From Streptosporangiaceae bacterium (GTDB taxonomy: Bacteria; Actinomycetota; Actinomycetes; Streptosporangiales; Streptosporangiaceae): a stretch of 64,000 nucleotides of DNA. Positions 29,451-38,672 of this stretch are shown piece after piece (within the stretch, counting starts at the first letter, position 1; the number at the start of each line of letters is the position of its first letter). The position numbers were made by a program, and so were the translations under genes. The notes under the pieces were generated by a model, which saw only the letters and a program-made list of their open reading frames with translations, made no database searches and was not told the origin of the DNA. The stretch covers positions 210 through 64,209 of the forward strand of contig JBKQTJ010000129.1 in the NCBI GenBank assembly GCA_052143255.1, given 5' to 3'.

Positions 29451-30479
29451 TCACAGGTGGTGTGCGTACGACTCGTACAGCGCATCCGGCTCGCCAGTGG
29501 GCCGGAAATGATCGATGTTCTCCGCGGTGGTGCCCCATTCCTCCGGCGGCTTCCAGACCGCTTCGACGCGCATCCCCATCCGCACGTCAGCCGGGTCGCA
29601 CTCCAGGATGAGGTGCTGGAATGCGATGTCGGCCCCGTCCAGCAACACCGAGGCGGCCACGTAGGGAGAGGGCACACGCTGGCCGTGGAACGGAACGTTC
29701 ACGACACAGAAAGTGGTAATGATGCCGCGGTCAGGCAGCTCGACGTCGGTTGTTGTCGGCACGCCGTCGACCGGGCAGGCACCCCGCGGCGGCACGTACA
29801 CCTTGCCGCAGGCCGGGCAGCGCTGGCCGATGATCCGCCCCTCTTTCAGCGACCGGAGGTAACGGCTTTCCTCGGCCGATGCGCTGTGCTGGTAGTGCAG
29901 GCGCACCGGCGTAATGATCATCGTCGTGGCATCGCGGCCGGCCGGCTCGCCACCGGACACTTCCGCCGCCGCGGGACCGTTTCCGTGCTGGCCGGCCGGC
30001 TCGAAGCAGGCGATATCGGTTATCCGCCCGGCGGGGTTCTCCGCCCAGCGGGGCCGCACCCGCATGCCCGTGCTCATCACCGCGGCCGAGCCCGCGTCGA
30101 CAGCATGCAGCATCGCGGTGTCGGCACCGTCCAGCCGGATCAGCGCCCAGGCAAACGGCCGGCCGAGCGGCTGGCCCTCGCGCGGCTCGGGCTGCCAGGA
30201 CCAGGTGACGACCGTGCCGTCTGGTCCGACCGGGACAAGTTCTTCCGGCCTGGCGAAGGTAACGGGGTCGTACTCAGCGGGCGGGGCCAGCACGCGCCCG
30301 TCCGCCATGCGGGAGCCGAGGATCCGCCGGCGGGCCAGTGCCGTCATGAACTCGCTGAGCACCGGGCCGAGCGACCTGGTGTAATCGAAGCTGATCTCCA
30401 GCGGTGCGCTGAGGGGTTCAGGGGCACTGAGGGGTTCGGCGGCGCTGAGGGATTCAGGGGCACTGGGCGGCACGGTCAC
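29451..30479 (-). CDS. Tandem DUF35 OB-fold / zinc-ribbon protein (Rv3521-like)
   Basis: 342 aa. The second half carries the rubredoxin-like motif CPACGKVYVPPRGACP followed by an OB-fold region. The first half repeats the fold without the Cys motif. Confidence 0.7.
   Translation of the reverse strand: MTVPPSAPESLSAAEPLSAPEPLSAPLEISFDYTRSLGPVLSEFMTALARRRILGSRMADGRVLAPPAEYDPVTFARPEELVPVGPDGTVVTWSWQPEPREGQPLGRPFAWALIRLDGADTAMLHAVDAGSAAVMSTGMRVRPRWAENPAGRITDIACFEPAGQHGNGPAAAEVSGGEPAGRDATTMIITPVRLHYQHSASAEESRYLRSLKEGRIIGQRCPACGKVYVPPRGACPVDGVPTTTDVELPDRGIITTFCVVNVPFHGQRVPSPYVAASVLLDGADIAFQHLILECDPADVRMGMRVEAVWKPPEEWGTTAENIDHFRPTGEPDALYESYAHHL
30409..30470 (-). repeat. 18-bp in-frame tandem repeat (3.4 units) at the DUF35 gene 5-prime end
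   Basis: Units are ctgaggggttcaggggca, ctgaggggttcggcggcg, ctgagggattcaggggca and a partial ctgggcgg. They encode PSAPESLSAAEPLSAPEPLSAP. Confidence 0.85.
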
Positions 30480-30488
30480 GGATCAGAG

Positions 30489-30502
30489 TGAAACACGTTC
30501 TA
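30489..30502. promoter_or_regulatory. KstR-type operator upstream of DUF35-ltp4-ltp3
   Basis: TGAAACACGTTCTA lies 10 nt upstream of the DUF35 start. Confidence 0.65.
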
Positions 30503-30548
30503 GGTCATCGCGCCAAGTGCCCGTCACAACCCTGCCGGTACGGCGCCG

Positions 30549-31388
30549 TCAGCGGCCATGGAACTCCGGACGCCGCTTCTCCGCGAACGCGCGCGGGCCC
30601 TCCTTGGCGTCCTCAGTTGCAAATACGGCCATGCCTGCCTTCGCCTCCAGCCCGAACGCCTCGTTCTCCGGCAACCCCTCGGATTCCCGGATCGTGCGCA
30701 GGATCGCCTGCACCGCGACCGGCCCGTTGGCCGCGATCAGGTCCGCGATCTCCAGTGCCTTCGCCAGTGCCTGGCCGTCCTCGACCACATGCCCGATCAG
30801 GCCGATGGCCAGCGCCTGGTCAGCGGTGATGTGCCGCCCGGTCAGCAGCATGTCGGCGGCGACGGTGTAGGGGATCTGGCGGACCAGCCGGATCGCCGAC
30901 CCGCCCAGCGGGAACAGCCCCCAGCGGGCCTCGGATACCCCGAACCGTGCACTGCGGCCGGCCACCCGGATGTCAGTTGCCTGCAGGATCTCGGTGCCGC
31001 CCGCGATCGCCGGACCCTCAACCGCGGCGATCAGCGGCTTGGTCAGCCGGCGGCCCTTCAGCAGCGGTTCGATCACCGACGGATCGAATGCCCCGGTCTT
31101 GAACGAGTCACCTGGATGCGCGGCCGTCATCGCCTTAAGGTCGGCGCCCGCGCAGAACGCACCGCCGGCGCCGGTCAGGACGCATACCCTGATCTCCGGG
31201 TCATCGTCGACCTGATCCCAGGCCTGCTGCAGCAAGGCCATCATCGGCCCGCTCAAGGCGTTACGGGCGTGCGACCTGTTCATCGTCACGATCAGCACGT
31301 GGCCGCGACGTTCGATCAGCGCATGCGGCTGCTCATCGCCGGCTGGCCGGACCGGGTCTGGCCCCTCCTGCGTCGAGGTCACCGCCAA
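30549..31388 (-). CDS. echA19: Enoyl-CoA hydratase (EchA19-like)
   Basis: 279 aa with crotonase motifs LIVTMNRS...FCAGADLK. It is divergent from the fadD19-like gene as in Mtb Rv3516/Rv3515c. Confidence 0.75.
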   Translation of the reverse strand: MAVTSTQEGPDPVRPAGDEQPHALIERRGHVLIVTMNRSHARNALSGPMMALLQQAWDQVDDDPEIRVCVLTGAGGAFCAGADLKAMTAAHPGDSFKTGAFDPSVIEPLLKGRRLTKPLIAAVEGPAIAGGTEILQATDIRVAGRSARFGVSEARWGLFPLGGSAIRLVRQIPYTVAADMLLTGRHITADQALAIGLIGHVVEDGQALAKALEIADLIAANGPVAVQAILRTIRESEGLPENEAFGLEAKAGMAVFATEDAKEGPRAFAEKRRPEFHGR

Positions 31389-31423
31389 CGCCTCCTTTGC
31401 CCGCCGAAAGCCTTGCCCGGAAC

Positions 31424-31437
31424 GATAACACGTTCTA
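31424..31437. promoter_or_regulatory. KstR-type operator in the echA19 / fadD19 divergent region
   Basis: GATAACACGTTCTA has one mismatch, at position 1. It lies 12 nt upstream of the fadD19 ATG. Confidence 0.6.
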
Positions 31438-31448
31438 GTTTCTTACCC

Positions 31449-33059
31449 ATGGCGCTGAACATCGCAGACCTATTCGAGCACGCTGCCGACGCGGTACCCG
31501 AGCGCCTGGCGATCGCCTGCGGCGACAATGAGATCACTTACCGCGAACTGGAGGCGCGAAGCAACCAGCTAGCGCACCACCTGGCGGCCGCTGGGGTCGG
31601 CGGCGACGACCATGTCGGTGTCTACGGCCGGAACTCCATCGAGCTCGTTACCGCGTTCCTGGCCTGCTACAAGCTGCGGGCGATAGCGGTCAACATCAAC
31701 TACAGGTATGTCGAGAATGAGCTTAGGTACTTGTTCACCGAGGCCGAGCTCGTCGCCCTGGTGCACGACAGGCAGTTCAGCGCCGGGGTCGCGGCGCTGC
31801 TGCCCGAGTATCCGGGCATCAGGGCCGTGCTGGCCATCAACGACGGCAGCGGCGTGCCGCTGGCGGCCAGCGCCGATTTCGCTGCAGCTATCGCCGGCCA
31901 GCCCGACGGTCGTGATTTCCCCGAACGCAGCGCTGACGACATCTACATGCTCTACACCGGCGGTACCACCGGCTACCCCAAGGGCGTCCTTTGGCGGCAC
32001 GAGGACGTCTGGCGGACGCTGGGCGGCGGCATCGACTTCGCCACCGGAGAGCCGATGCCCGACGAGTGGGAGCAGTCCAAGCGGGCCGCGCTCGCGCCCG
32101 CCGGGCTGGTGCGGTTGTGCGCCGCGCCGCTCATTCACGGTAACGCGCAGTGGGGTGCCCTGGCCGCGCTCTTCTCCGGTGACACCGTGGTGTTCGTGCC
32201 GCAGTTCAATCCTCATGACGTCTGGCGGGCCGTGCAGCGTCGCCGGGTCAACGTCCTGGTCATCATCGGCGACGCGATGGCACGGCCGCTCATCGAGGCC
32301 TACCGGGAAGAGCAGTACGACGTGTCCTCGGTGCTGGCGATCTCCAGCAGCGCGGCGCTGTTCTCGCCGATCGTCAAAGACGAGTACCTGAAACTGCTGC
32401 CCAGCATCGTGGTGACTGACGCCATCGGCGCGTCCGAGACTGGCTTCACCGGGCTCGGCTACGTCTCCGCAGGCAACAAGCGCGCCGAGGGCCCGACGGT
32501 CACGCCAGGGCCAGCCACGATCGTCATTGACGACGACAACAAGCCGGCTGGCCCCGGCCAGGTGGGCAGGCTGGCCAGGGGCGGTCATATACCGCTGGGT
32601 TACTACAAGGACCCGGTGAAGACCGCGGCCCTGTTCGCGGAAGTCGACGGCGTGCGCTACGCAGTTCCCGGGGATCTGGCCAGGGTAGAAGCTGATGGCT
32701 CGCTGACCCTGCTCGGGCGTGGCAACACCTGCGTCAACACTGGCGGCGAGAAGGTCTACCCCGAGGAAGTCGAAGGCGCGCTCAAATCTCACCCCGACGT
32801 CTTCGACGCGCTGGTCATCGGCGTCCCGGACGAGCGGCTCGGCCAGCGGGTCGCGGCCCTGGTGCAGCCACGCCAGGGCCACACCATCGACTTGCCGGCA
32901 CTCGACGCGCACCTGCGCGCGCAGATCGCCGGGTACAAGGTGCCGCGTTCGGTGTGGCTAGTCGAGCAGATCGGCAGGACACCGGCCGGCAAGGCGGACT
33001 ACAGCTGGGCCCGCCGGTACGCCGAGCAGGTCGCGGCAGACAACCTCCAGTCAGCCTGA
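31449..33059 (+). CDS. fadD19: Steroid side-chain acyl-CoA synthetase (FadD19-like)
   Basis: 536 aa from MALNIADLFEHAADAVPERLA, with AMP motif YTGGTTGYPKG. The longer track ORF starting at 30558 is antisense to echA19. Confidence 0.75.
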   Translation: MALNIADLFEHAADAVPERLAIACGDNEITYRELEARSNQLAHHLAAAGVGGDDHVGVYGRNSIELVTAFLACYKLRAIAVNINYRYVENELRYLFTEAELVALVHDRQFSAGVAALLPEYPGIRAVLAINDGSGVPLAASADFAAAIAGQPDGRDFPERSADDIYMLYTGGTTGYPKGVLWRHEDVWRTLGGGIDFATGEPMPDEWEQSKRAALAPAGLVRLCAAPLIHGNAQWGALAALFSGDTVVFVPQFNPHDVWRAVQRRRVNVLVIIGDAMARPLIEAYREEQYDVSSVLAISSSAALFSPIVKDEYLKLLPSIVVTDAIGASETGFTGLGYVSAGNKRAEGPTVTPGPATIVIDDDNKPAGPGQVGRLARGGHIPLGYYKDPVKTAALFAEVDGVRYAVPGDLARVEADGSLTLLGRGNTCVNTGGEKVYPEEVEGALKSHPDVFDALVIGVPDERLGQRVAALVQPRQGHTIDLPALDAHLRAQIAGYKVPRSVWLVEQIGRTPAGKADYSWARRYAEQVAADNLQSA

Positions 33060-33069
33060 GGAGAACCGG

Positions 33070-34188
33070 ATGGGAACGCCCCGGATTCGGACAGCACTAT
33101 GCGACGAGCTCGGGATAGAGCATCCGATCGTCGGCTTCACCCCGTCCGAGCACGTGGCCGCAGCAATCAGCCGGGCCGGGGGCCTCGGGGTGCTCGGCTG
33201 CGTGCGGTTCAACGACGCGGCCGAGCTGGACAAGGTGCTGCACTGGCTCGACGCCAACACCGACGGACGTCCGTACGGCATTGACGTAGTGATGCCGGCC
33301 AAGATCCCCGCCGAAGGCGCCGCCGTTGACCTTAACCAGCTGATCCCGGCAGGCCACAAGGAGTTCGTAGACCAGACGCTGGTCAAGCTTGGCGTGCCCC
33401 CGCTGCCCGACGACGCCCGGGCTAGTGCTGGTGTGCTGGGCTGGCTGCACTCGGTGGCCCGCGCGCAGGTAGAGGTGGCGCTCACGCACCCGGCCCGGCT
33501 GATCGCGAACGCGCTCGGGCCGCCGCCTGCGGACATCATTGCCAGCGCGCACGACCGCGGGATGCTGGTAGCCGCGCTGGCCGGGAAGGCCGTGCACGCA
33601 CGGGCCCACGTCGACGCCGGCGTAGACATCGTGGTGGCACAGGGCTACGAGGCCGGCGGTCACACCGGCGAGATCGCCAGCATGGTGCTGGTACCCGAGG
33701 TCGTCGACGCGGTCGGCCCCGGCACGCCCGTGCTCGCGGCCGGCGGCATCGGCACCGGGCGGCAGATTGCCGCCGCCCTCGCGCTAGGGGCGGCCGGCGT
33801 CTGGATGGGCTCGGCCTGGCTGATCACGCAGGAATACGCGGCCTTGTCGCCGTTGCCTGGCCTGCGCGAGGCGCTGCTGGCCGCTACCTCATCCGACACT
33901 GTGCGGTCCAGGATCTACAGCGGCAAGCCCGCCAGGCTGCTAAAGAACAGCTGGACCGATGCGTGGGCCCAGCCAGGCGCCCCCGATCCGCTCCCGATGC
34001 CGCTGCAGAACCTCCTGGTCAGCGAGGCCCACCAGCGGCTGATGCGAGCCGGCAACCCGGACGTGATCCCGATGCCGGTCGGTCAGATCGTCGGCCGGAT
34101 GAACGAGGTCAGGCCGGTCGCTGACGTAGTCGCGACGCTGGTGACCGAGCTGGCCGAGACGCTGGCAAGGCTGGACAGCCTGCGCTAA
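33070..34188 (+). CDS. Nitronate monooxygenase-family FMN oxidoreductase (IpdC-like)
   Basis: 372 aa with LGIEHPIVGFTPSEHVAAAISRAGGLGVLG and AQGYEAGGHTG. Confidence 0.75.
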   Translation: MGTPRIRTALCDELGIEHPIVGFTPSEHVAAAISRAGGLGVLGCVRFNDAAELDKVLHWLDANTDGRPYGIDVVMPAKIPAEGAAVDLNQLIPAGHKEFVDQTLVKLGVPPLPDDARASAGVLGWLHSVARAQVEVALTHPARLIANALGPPPADIIASAHDRGMLVAALAGKAVHARAHVDAGVDIVVAQGYEAGGHTGEIASMVLVPEVVDAVGPGTPVLAAGGIGTGRQIAAALALGAAGVWMGSAWLITQEYAALSPLPGLREALLAATSSDTVRSRIYSGKPARLLKNSWTDAWAQPGAPDPLPMPLQNLLVSEAHQRLMRAGNPDVIPMPVGQIVGRMNEVRPVADVVATLVTELAETLARLDSLR

Positions 34189-34223
34189 GCAGGGGCGACC
34201 GCTGCTCGGCGACGGCTGCCGGC

Positions 34224-34748
34224 TTAGTCGCCGGTGACGCCGTCGATCATCTCGCGCAGCAGATCCGCGTGGCCGTTGTGGCGGGCATACTCCTCGATCA
34301 TGTGGAGATAGATCCAGCGCAGGTCCAGCAGGCCGCCGTTTCGCGAGGCAAACGTGTCGTCAAGGGACCGGCCCCGTGCCGCTTCATCGGCAGCCGCGCA
34401 CTCCGCGGTGAACGCGGCGAAGTCGGCCTCGGCGCTGGCGCTGTCTGTGAGGTCGAAATCACCATCCGGGTACTGCTCGCTGCAGTACAAGTCGCCGACG
34501 CCGACCTGCCCGTCGAAGCGCCGGCGGAACCACGCACGCTCGACCTCGGCCATGTGCCGGACCAGGCCGAGCAGCGACAATGTCGACGACTGAACCGGCT
34601 GCAGCACGAGCTGATCACCGTTTAGTCCCCTGCATTTCCAGAGCAGCGTGGCCCGGTGATAGTCCAGCCAGCCTTGCAGCGCCGCACGCTCGTCAGCCGG
34701 CGAGTCCGGCTCCGCCCTCTTTACGTCGGGTGCAATCCAAGTCACCAC
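34224..34748 (-). CDS. DinB/DUF664 family protein (mycothiol-transferase-like)
   Basis: 174 aa containing LLGLVRHMAEVERAWF...HMIEEYARHNGHADLLRE. Confidence 0.7.
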   Translation of the reverse strand: MVTWIAPDVKRAEPDSPADERAALQGWLDYHRATLLWKCRGLNGDQLVLQPVQSSTLSLLGLVRHMAEVERAWFRRRFDGQVGVGDLYCSEQYPDGDFDLTDSASAEADFAAFTAECAAADEAARGRSLDDTFASRNGGLLDLRWIYLHMIEEYARHNGHADLLREMIDGVTGD

Positions 34749-34797
34749 GCATGCCTACCCCTGACCACGGGATCGATGCAACGGCTTTTCCGGGCCG

Positions 34798-35151
34798 CTA
34801 CGGGCCGGGCGGCCGGTCCTTCTTCGGCAGCTTGCGGACCACGGCGTCGTAGGACGCATCGATCGCCTCTAGCAGTTCATCGGCCGGGATCGCTCCGGCG
34901 ATCTGCAGTGTGTTCCAGCCGGACCTGCCGATGTAGGGCATGACCGCAGCGTCAGCCGGGTAGCGGGCGAGCCACTCGTCGGCGGCCTCCCGGGTCGCGG
35001 CGCATTTGAGGCCGACGCCGGTGCTGCCTGACCCGAGGAAAGCGAATATCTTGCTGCCGACCTTGACGACGATGTCGCCCTCCCACGGCTCGTCCTGCCA
35101 TGCCCCCGGCTTTGCCAGGCAGTAGGCGACCAGGTCGTCCCAGCTCATCAT
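34798..35151 (-). CDS. MmcQ/YjbR family protein
   Basis: 117 aa containing LAKPGAWQDEPWEGDIVVKVGSKIFAF. Confidence 0.65.
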   Translation of the reverse strand: MMSWDDLVAYCLAKPGAWQDEPWEGDIVVKVGSKIFAFLGSGSTGVGLKCAATREAADEWLARYPADAAVMPYIGRSGWNTLQIAGAIPADELLEAIDASYDAVVRKLPKKDRPPGP

Positions 35152-35156
35152 GGCCC

Positions 35157-37145
35157 CTAGCTGCTGGCCAGCGCCACGGCATCCCGGCTGGCGCTGCGGA
35201 CATGGGCCGTGGCCGGGGCGTGCGGAAGGGAGCGGAAGCTGGCGATCGCGCGTGCATCCGCGCGCGCAGCCTGGTGGCCGCTACTGTCGCCCAGCAGCAC
35301 CAGGTGGCATGTCCGGCAGCCATCGGTGCGGTAAATCAGTACGCCGCCAACGAGTTCGCCCTTCAGACCGAGCCGGGAGAAGATCCCGATCCACCGCGGC
35401 GCCGCGTTCGCTTGCACCAGGATGGCGCCGATGTCGGATCTCCTGATGAACGCGCGGAATTGCTCGACGTAGAGCGGGGTAGCGAAGTCGAGGTTCTGGA
35501 CCGCGAGTGGCAAGTCGGTCCTGGGCGTGATGACAGCGTTGATGTATCCGCCAGCTAGCCGTATGTAGAAATTGCTATCTGCTTGCCACAGCAGCCCGGC
35601 GTTACCGATGTCGGAAATTACCACCACCGTTTCGCGGGGCGAAAGTTGATGCCGGTACCAGCCGGCACTGATGAACGTGGGCAGATCAGTGCTAGGCAAG
35701 ACGCCGAAGGTCGGCATGTCCGCCACGATGGCGGCCACAGCCAGCGCTGCCACCGGCCACCTGGCCCAGCGGGTCCAGCGCCACCGGAATGGCCGCGCCA
35801 AGAATATCGCCGTTATCACCGCCAGTGCCAAGAACGCGAAGACCATCAGCCTGGACGGGAACGCGCTGCGCAAAATGGGCAGCATCCACACTTTGGCCCA
35901 GGGCAACTCGACCACCGACTTGCCCTCCCAGTAGACGAAGGGGCCCACGGCCGCGACGGTGATGACGACCAGCATGACCGTCAGGAACCGCGTCATCCTG
36001 CTGGACCAGGCGACCACGGCCGCGCAGGCCGCGAGCAGCAACAGCGGGATGCCCACGTAGCCTTCCGCTGATTCCGCCGATTGCCCCACCGGACTGGCCG
36101 CGGCGTGTGCCAGCCAGGTCAAGCCGAACGTCCTGCCAGGCCGGGGAACGATGAGGCTGGCCACGTCCAGCCCGGATGCGTGCACGAATTTCGGCGGGAC
36201 ATGGGTAAGCGCGAAGGCAAGGTAGGGCCCGATCAACACCGCTGTGATAGCGAAGGCCAGGCCCGTCAGCCGGGCCAGCCGCGCGATCTGCTGCCGGTCG
36301 GCGCTGCCGGCCACTGCGTAGCCAACCAGGAACCCGATTGCCAGGATCGCAGTCAAGCCGGCGAACGTCTCCAGGAACAGGTAGAACTGCACGGTCATCG
36401 CGGCCGCGAGCAGGGCAACCAGAACACGCGGACCGATTGCCCCGTCTCGCCACAGCACGATCAGGTAGGCCATTAGCGGCAGCAACAGCGTATAGGTCAC
36501 GTTAAGCTGACCCGCTGTCGTGTGATTCATCACGTACGCGGAGAACCCGAAGATCGCGCCGCCGGCCAGCGCGGCGAAGAAGCGCCCCGTGAGCCTGCGG
36601 CACAGTACGAACGCAGCCCAGGCAGACAACGGCGGGCCCAGGGCCACGAGCAGGCTGAAGGAGACGACGGGTCCCGCCGCAGCGGTCAGCGGCCAGGCAA
36701 GCAGGGCGAGCGGCCCGGCAGTCGTCACCCACGCCAGGTTGTGGCCAACTGGCAGACCGATCTCGGCGGTATAGAACGGGTTCAGCCCGTGCGAGATCGC
36801 ATACGGCCACCAGCGCAGGCACCACACGTAAAAGTTGGGGTCCTGGCTGCTCTGATCAAGCTGCGGCGTCGACAGGTGCTCGACCAGCGGGCGTGCTGAT
36901 GTACTGAGCCAGGCGGCCAAGTAAACCGCCAGGGCCAGTAGCCCCTGGAGGAACCGGTACCGCTCGCGGCCAGCCCGCCAGACCCAGGCCGGGCCCGCGA
37001 TCAGCCAGCTAAAGACGCGCCGCCACGGTGGCACCGGGGGTTTGGCTGGTTCCTGATCTGGCTGCGGCTGATCTGGCTGCGGCGGTTCCGCGGCATCGGT
37101 GGCAGCGACCGCCGGACGGTCGTCCTGGCTATTCACCACGGCCAT
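35157..37145 (-). CDS. Large polytopic membrane protein with C-terminal extracytoplasmic domain (GT-C-like glycosyltransferase candidate)
   Basis: 662 aa with more than 10 hydrophobic segments followed by a soluble tail of about 200 aa. Its ATG shares one nt with the GT2 stop (TGATG). Confidence 0.6.
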   Translation of the reverse strand: MAVVNSQDDRPAVAATDAAEPPQPDQPQPDQEPAKPPVPPWRRVFSWLIAGPAWVWRAGRERYRFLQGLLALAVYLAAWLSTSARPLVEHLSTPQLDQSSQDPNFYVWCLRWWPYAISHGLNPFYTAEIGLPVGHNLAWVTTAGPLALLAWPLTAAAGPVVSFSLLVALGPPLSAWAAFVLCRRLTGRFFAALAGGAIFGFSAYVMNHTTAGQLNVTYTLLLPLMAYLIVLWRDGAIGPRVLVALLAAAMTVQFYLFLETFAGLTAILAIGFLVGYAVAGSADRQQIARLARLTGLAFAITAVLIGPYLAFALTHVPPKFVHASGLDVASLIVPRPGRTFGLTWLAHAAASPVGQSAESAEGYVGIPLLLLAACAAVVAWSSRMTRFLTVMLVVITVAAVGPFVYWEGKSVVELPWAKVWMLPILRSAFPSRLMVFAFLALAVITAIFLARPFRWRWTRWARWPVAALAVAAIVADMPTFGVLPSTDLPTFISAGWYRHQLSPRETVVVISDIGNAGLLWQADSNFYIRLAGGYINAVITPRTDLPLAVQNLDFATPLYVEQFRAFIRRSDIGAILVQANAAPRWIGIFSRLGLKGELVGGVLIYRTDGCRTCHLVLLGDSSGHQAARADARAIASFRSLPHAPATAHVRSASRDAVALASS
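37053..37082 (-). repeat. Perfect 15-bp x2 in-frame tandem repeat in the membrane protein N-terminal tail
   Basis: The unit ctgatctggctgcgg occurs twice (37053-37067 and 37068-37082) and encodes PQPDQ-PQPDQ. Confidence 0.9.
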
Positions 37146-38200
37146 CAGGCCGGCGGCACCGGTCGTGCGGCGGTACCCGGCGCAGGGCTGGGCTGGTCAA
37201 TCGACGGCGGCATCAGGTGCGAATCGTCCTGACCGCGGTCGCCGAACCCGTGTGCCTCGCGCACCAGGTACAGCGGCCGCGCCCTGACCTCGTCATAAAT
37301 CCGCGCCACATACTGGCCTACCATCCCGACCACGATCAGCTGGACTCCGCTGAGGAAGGTGATCGTCACCAGCAGGGAGGCATAGCCCGGCACGTAGGGC
37401 AGCCCGGCAAGCTTCAGCGCAATGGCGAGCAGACCGTAGGCCACCGCGCCGATCGCCATTACTACGCCGACGGTAAGAGCGATTCGAAGCGGCGCGGTTG
37501 AGAAGCCGACGAAGCCGTCAGTCGCGAGGCGCACCATCTTGCGAAGCGGATACTTGGTGGTACCCGCCTTGCGTGAAGCCCTGGTATACGGCACCGCAAC
37601 CTGGCGGAAGCCGACCCAGGAAAACATGCCACGAACGTAGCGGTTCCGCTCTCGCATTTGCAGGAACGCGTTGAGCGCCTTCCTGTCGACCAGGCGGAAG
37701 TCGCCAACGTCAACCGGCTGCTCGACCTCGGCGAGCCTGCGCTGCATGCCGTAAAACAGGGTGGCTGTCGTCCGCTTGAAAAGCGTCTCGCCCTCCCGGT
37801 GCTCCCGCACCGCGTAAACGACTTCGTAGCCCTCCTGCCAGCGAGCGGCCAGCTGGAGTATGACCTCTGGCGGGTCCTGGAGATCGGCGTCCATGATGAT
37901 GACGGCCTGGCCGGCGGTAGCATCCATGCCAGCGGTTATGGCGATCTGATGGCCGAAATTGCGCGACAACTGGATGACCTTGAACCGCGGATCCTCAAGG
38001 TTTGCCTGCACCATGAGCTGATAGCTCGCGTCACGGCTGCCGTCATCAACCAGCACGACCTCAGCGGTGCCGTCCATGCGGTCCATGACCTCGCGCAGCC
38101 GCTTGAAGAGATCGGGAAATGACTCTTCTTCATTATATATAGGGATAACGATCGAATATCTGGGCGTGTCCACTGTCTCGTGTCTCTCCCCGTCCAGCAT
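37145..38200 (-). CDS. GT2 polyprenyl-phosphate glycosyltransferase (GtrB/DPM1-like) with C-terminal TM helices
   Basis: Motifs are YSIVIPIYNEEES and DADLQDPPE, with two C-terminal TM helices. The start is ambiguous: TTG 38236, ATG 38200, or a GTG a few codons later. Confidence 0.8.
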   Translation of the reverse strand: MLDGERHETVDTPRYSIVIPIYNEEESFPDLFKRLREVMDRMDGTAEVVLVDDGSRDASYQLMVQANLEDPRFKVIQLSRNFGHQIAITAGMDATAGQAVIIMDADLQDPPEVILQLAARWQEGYEVVYAVREHREGETLFKRTTATLFYGMQRRLAEVEQPVDVGDFRLVDRKALNAFLQMRERNRYVRGMFSWVGFRQVAVPYTRASRKAGTTKYPLRKMVRLATDGFVGFSTAPLRIALTVGVVMAIGAVAYGLLAIALKLAGLPYVPGYASLLVTITFLSGVQLIVVGMVGQYVARIYDEVRARPLYLVREAHGFGDRGQDDSHLMPPSIDQPSPAPGTAARPVPPA

Positions 38201-38672
38201 CAAGCTATCCCGCGTCGATCGGTCCCCCGGACGCAATCCATCGAATTTTACGTTAAGTAGACCGGAGGAGGATAAATAGTTGGCGGCGTCCGAGGCGGCC
38301 GCACCGCGGAGCGCACGGACTGCGCTGACGAGCGTCGGCTGCTCAGATCCGCCTGTCCGCTGAGACTGCTTTGCCGACCAACGCTGTCATGGTGCCGGCG
38401 AGCCTGGCGGCGGGCCGCTCCTGGCCGCGTCTTACCGGTCACTGCCTCCGGGTGCGGACTCAGGTGCGAGCGGGCCGCCCGGTCGCCTGCTAGCCGTGAC
38501 GCCCGGCCACGGCTATCGCTAGCCATACTGCACTAGCAAGTTTCCAGCCAACGCGGCAACCCCCACCGAAGAACCAGCGTCTCGGGCAGCCTGCCCCTCG
38601 GCCGTGTGCTGAGGTCAAATTACTGCAGTGTAAGACTAGAAAAGTATTTCCATAACTGTGCTAGGGTAGGGG

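Noticed and set aside
28446-30491. 681-aa ORF on the plus strand
   Set aside because: It is antisense to ltp4 and the DUF35 gene, which have clear family motifs. The translation is Arg/Gly/Pro/Ala-rich with no recognisable domain, which is typical of a shadow ORF in high-GC DNA.
30558-31448. N-terminal 297 codons of the 833-aa track ORF that contains fadD19
   Set aside because: This part is antisense to echA19 and crosses a KstR box. The FadD19-family N-terminus (MALNIADLFEHAADAVPERLA) begins at 31449.
38248-38526. 92-aa Ser/Arg-rich ORF on the minus strand just upstream of the GT2 gene
   Set aside because: The composition looks like non-coding GC-rich DNA read in frame, with no motif or RBS. 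I cannot fully exclude a disordered leader peptide.
38612-38641. The 8-mer gaggtcaa (also at the IS right end) and the 11-mer taagactagaa (also in the KstR palindrome flank) in the GT2/HTH intergenic region
   Set aside because: These are short matches with no accompanying right-end-type hairpin at the proper distance, and only a KstR half-site. They are most likely chance, or simple AT-rich promoter sequence.
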